Below, in pieces: positions 54,703 to 54,842 of a stretch of DNA of 54,842 nt. Source of the stretch: Acidobacteriota bacterium. GTDB lineage: Bacteria > Acidobacteriota > UBA6911 > RPQK01 > JAJDTT01. The notes beneath the pieces were generated by a model, which was not told where the DNA came from, ran no database searches, and was given only the letters and a program-made list of their open reading frames with translations. A program made the position numbers and the translations under genes. Position 1 is the first letter of the stretch. Each line of letters starts with the position of its first letter. The stretch is from the NCBI GenBank assembly GCA_047514575.1, contig JAKZYH010000197.1, forward strand, positions 1 through 54,842. The letters run 5' to 3'.

Positions 54703-54842
54703 AACGGGCCTGCGTCACAGAAGTGGGGTAAGTCAGGCCGCTCGGTCTTCCCAGTAGTCCTCGAGGCGCCCGGAGTGGAAAACACAGCGTAGAGCACTGA
54801 TGGCGTTGGCTCCTCTGACAGACCACTCCATTCCTGACTGTT

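Overview
This is a 54,842-bp bacterial chromosomal window. It is moderately GC-rich by eye, with about 45 supportable genes, most on the minus strand. The gene content suggests an uncultured Acidobacteriota/Planctomycetota-like organism: a PSCyt/DUF1549/DUF1553 + DUF1501 pair, a CRTAC1/ASPIC protein, choice-of-anchor-D domains and dense mosaic intergenic repeats. That placement is inference only; no search was run. Gene order, left to right: (1) DUF47 protein (partial), Kv-type K+ channel, SLC13 permease and CBS protein. (2) A decayed integrative element next to tRNA-Phe(GAA), with two integrase remnants in opposite orientation and a higBA pair whose toxin carries an amber stop. (3) kdgK-eda, then hsp20, then a cysteine desulfurase/IscU-like pair. 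(4) A minus-strand operon asd-lysC-dapB-dapA-dapD-aminotransferase-SAM hydrolase. (5) A ~1.07-kb ORF-free, hairpin-rich gap. (6) A hybrid histidine kinase, then a DUF1553-DUF1501-CRTAC1 operon. (7) A porin / CuA-like cupredoxin / di-haem DUF1111 operon with a Fur-box-like site. (8) typA, a ferredoxin-fused orphan histidine kinase, a Gfo/Idh/MocA oxidoreductase, and a large BNR/sortilin-type protein. The headline candidate is a ~10.3-kb translationally coupled minus-strand operon at 40426-50726. It encodes a cohesin-domain protein and an Lgt paralog, followed by two diverged tandem copies of a three-gene cassette separated by a Rieske protein. Each cassette has a ~770-aa protein with an N-terminal dockerin and IPT/TIG domains, a choice-of-anchor-D protein, and a small protein related to the C-terminus of the large one. 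The second cassette is broken or phase-switched at a G8 tract. At least four families of interspersed intergenic repeats are present: REP/REPIN-like hairpins, a ~55-nt TCGAATG...CTGAAAC unit, a CAAGATACAAG unit, and a ~110-nt unit with a 17-bp tandem expansion. I saw no CRISPR array, rRNA or intact mobile element.
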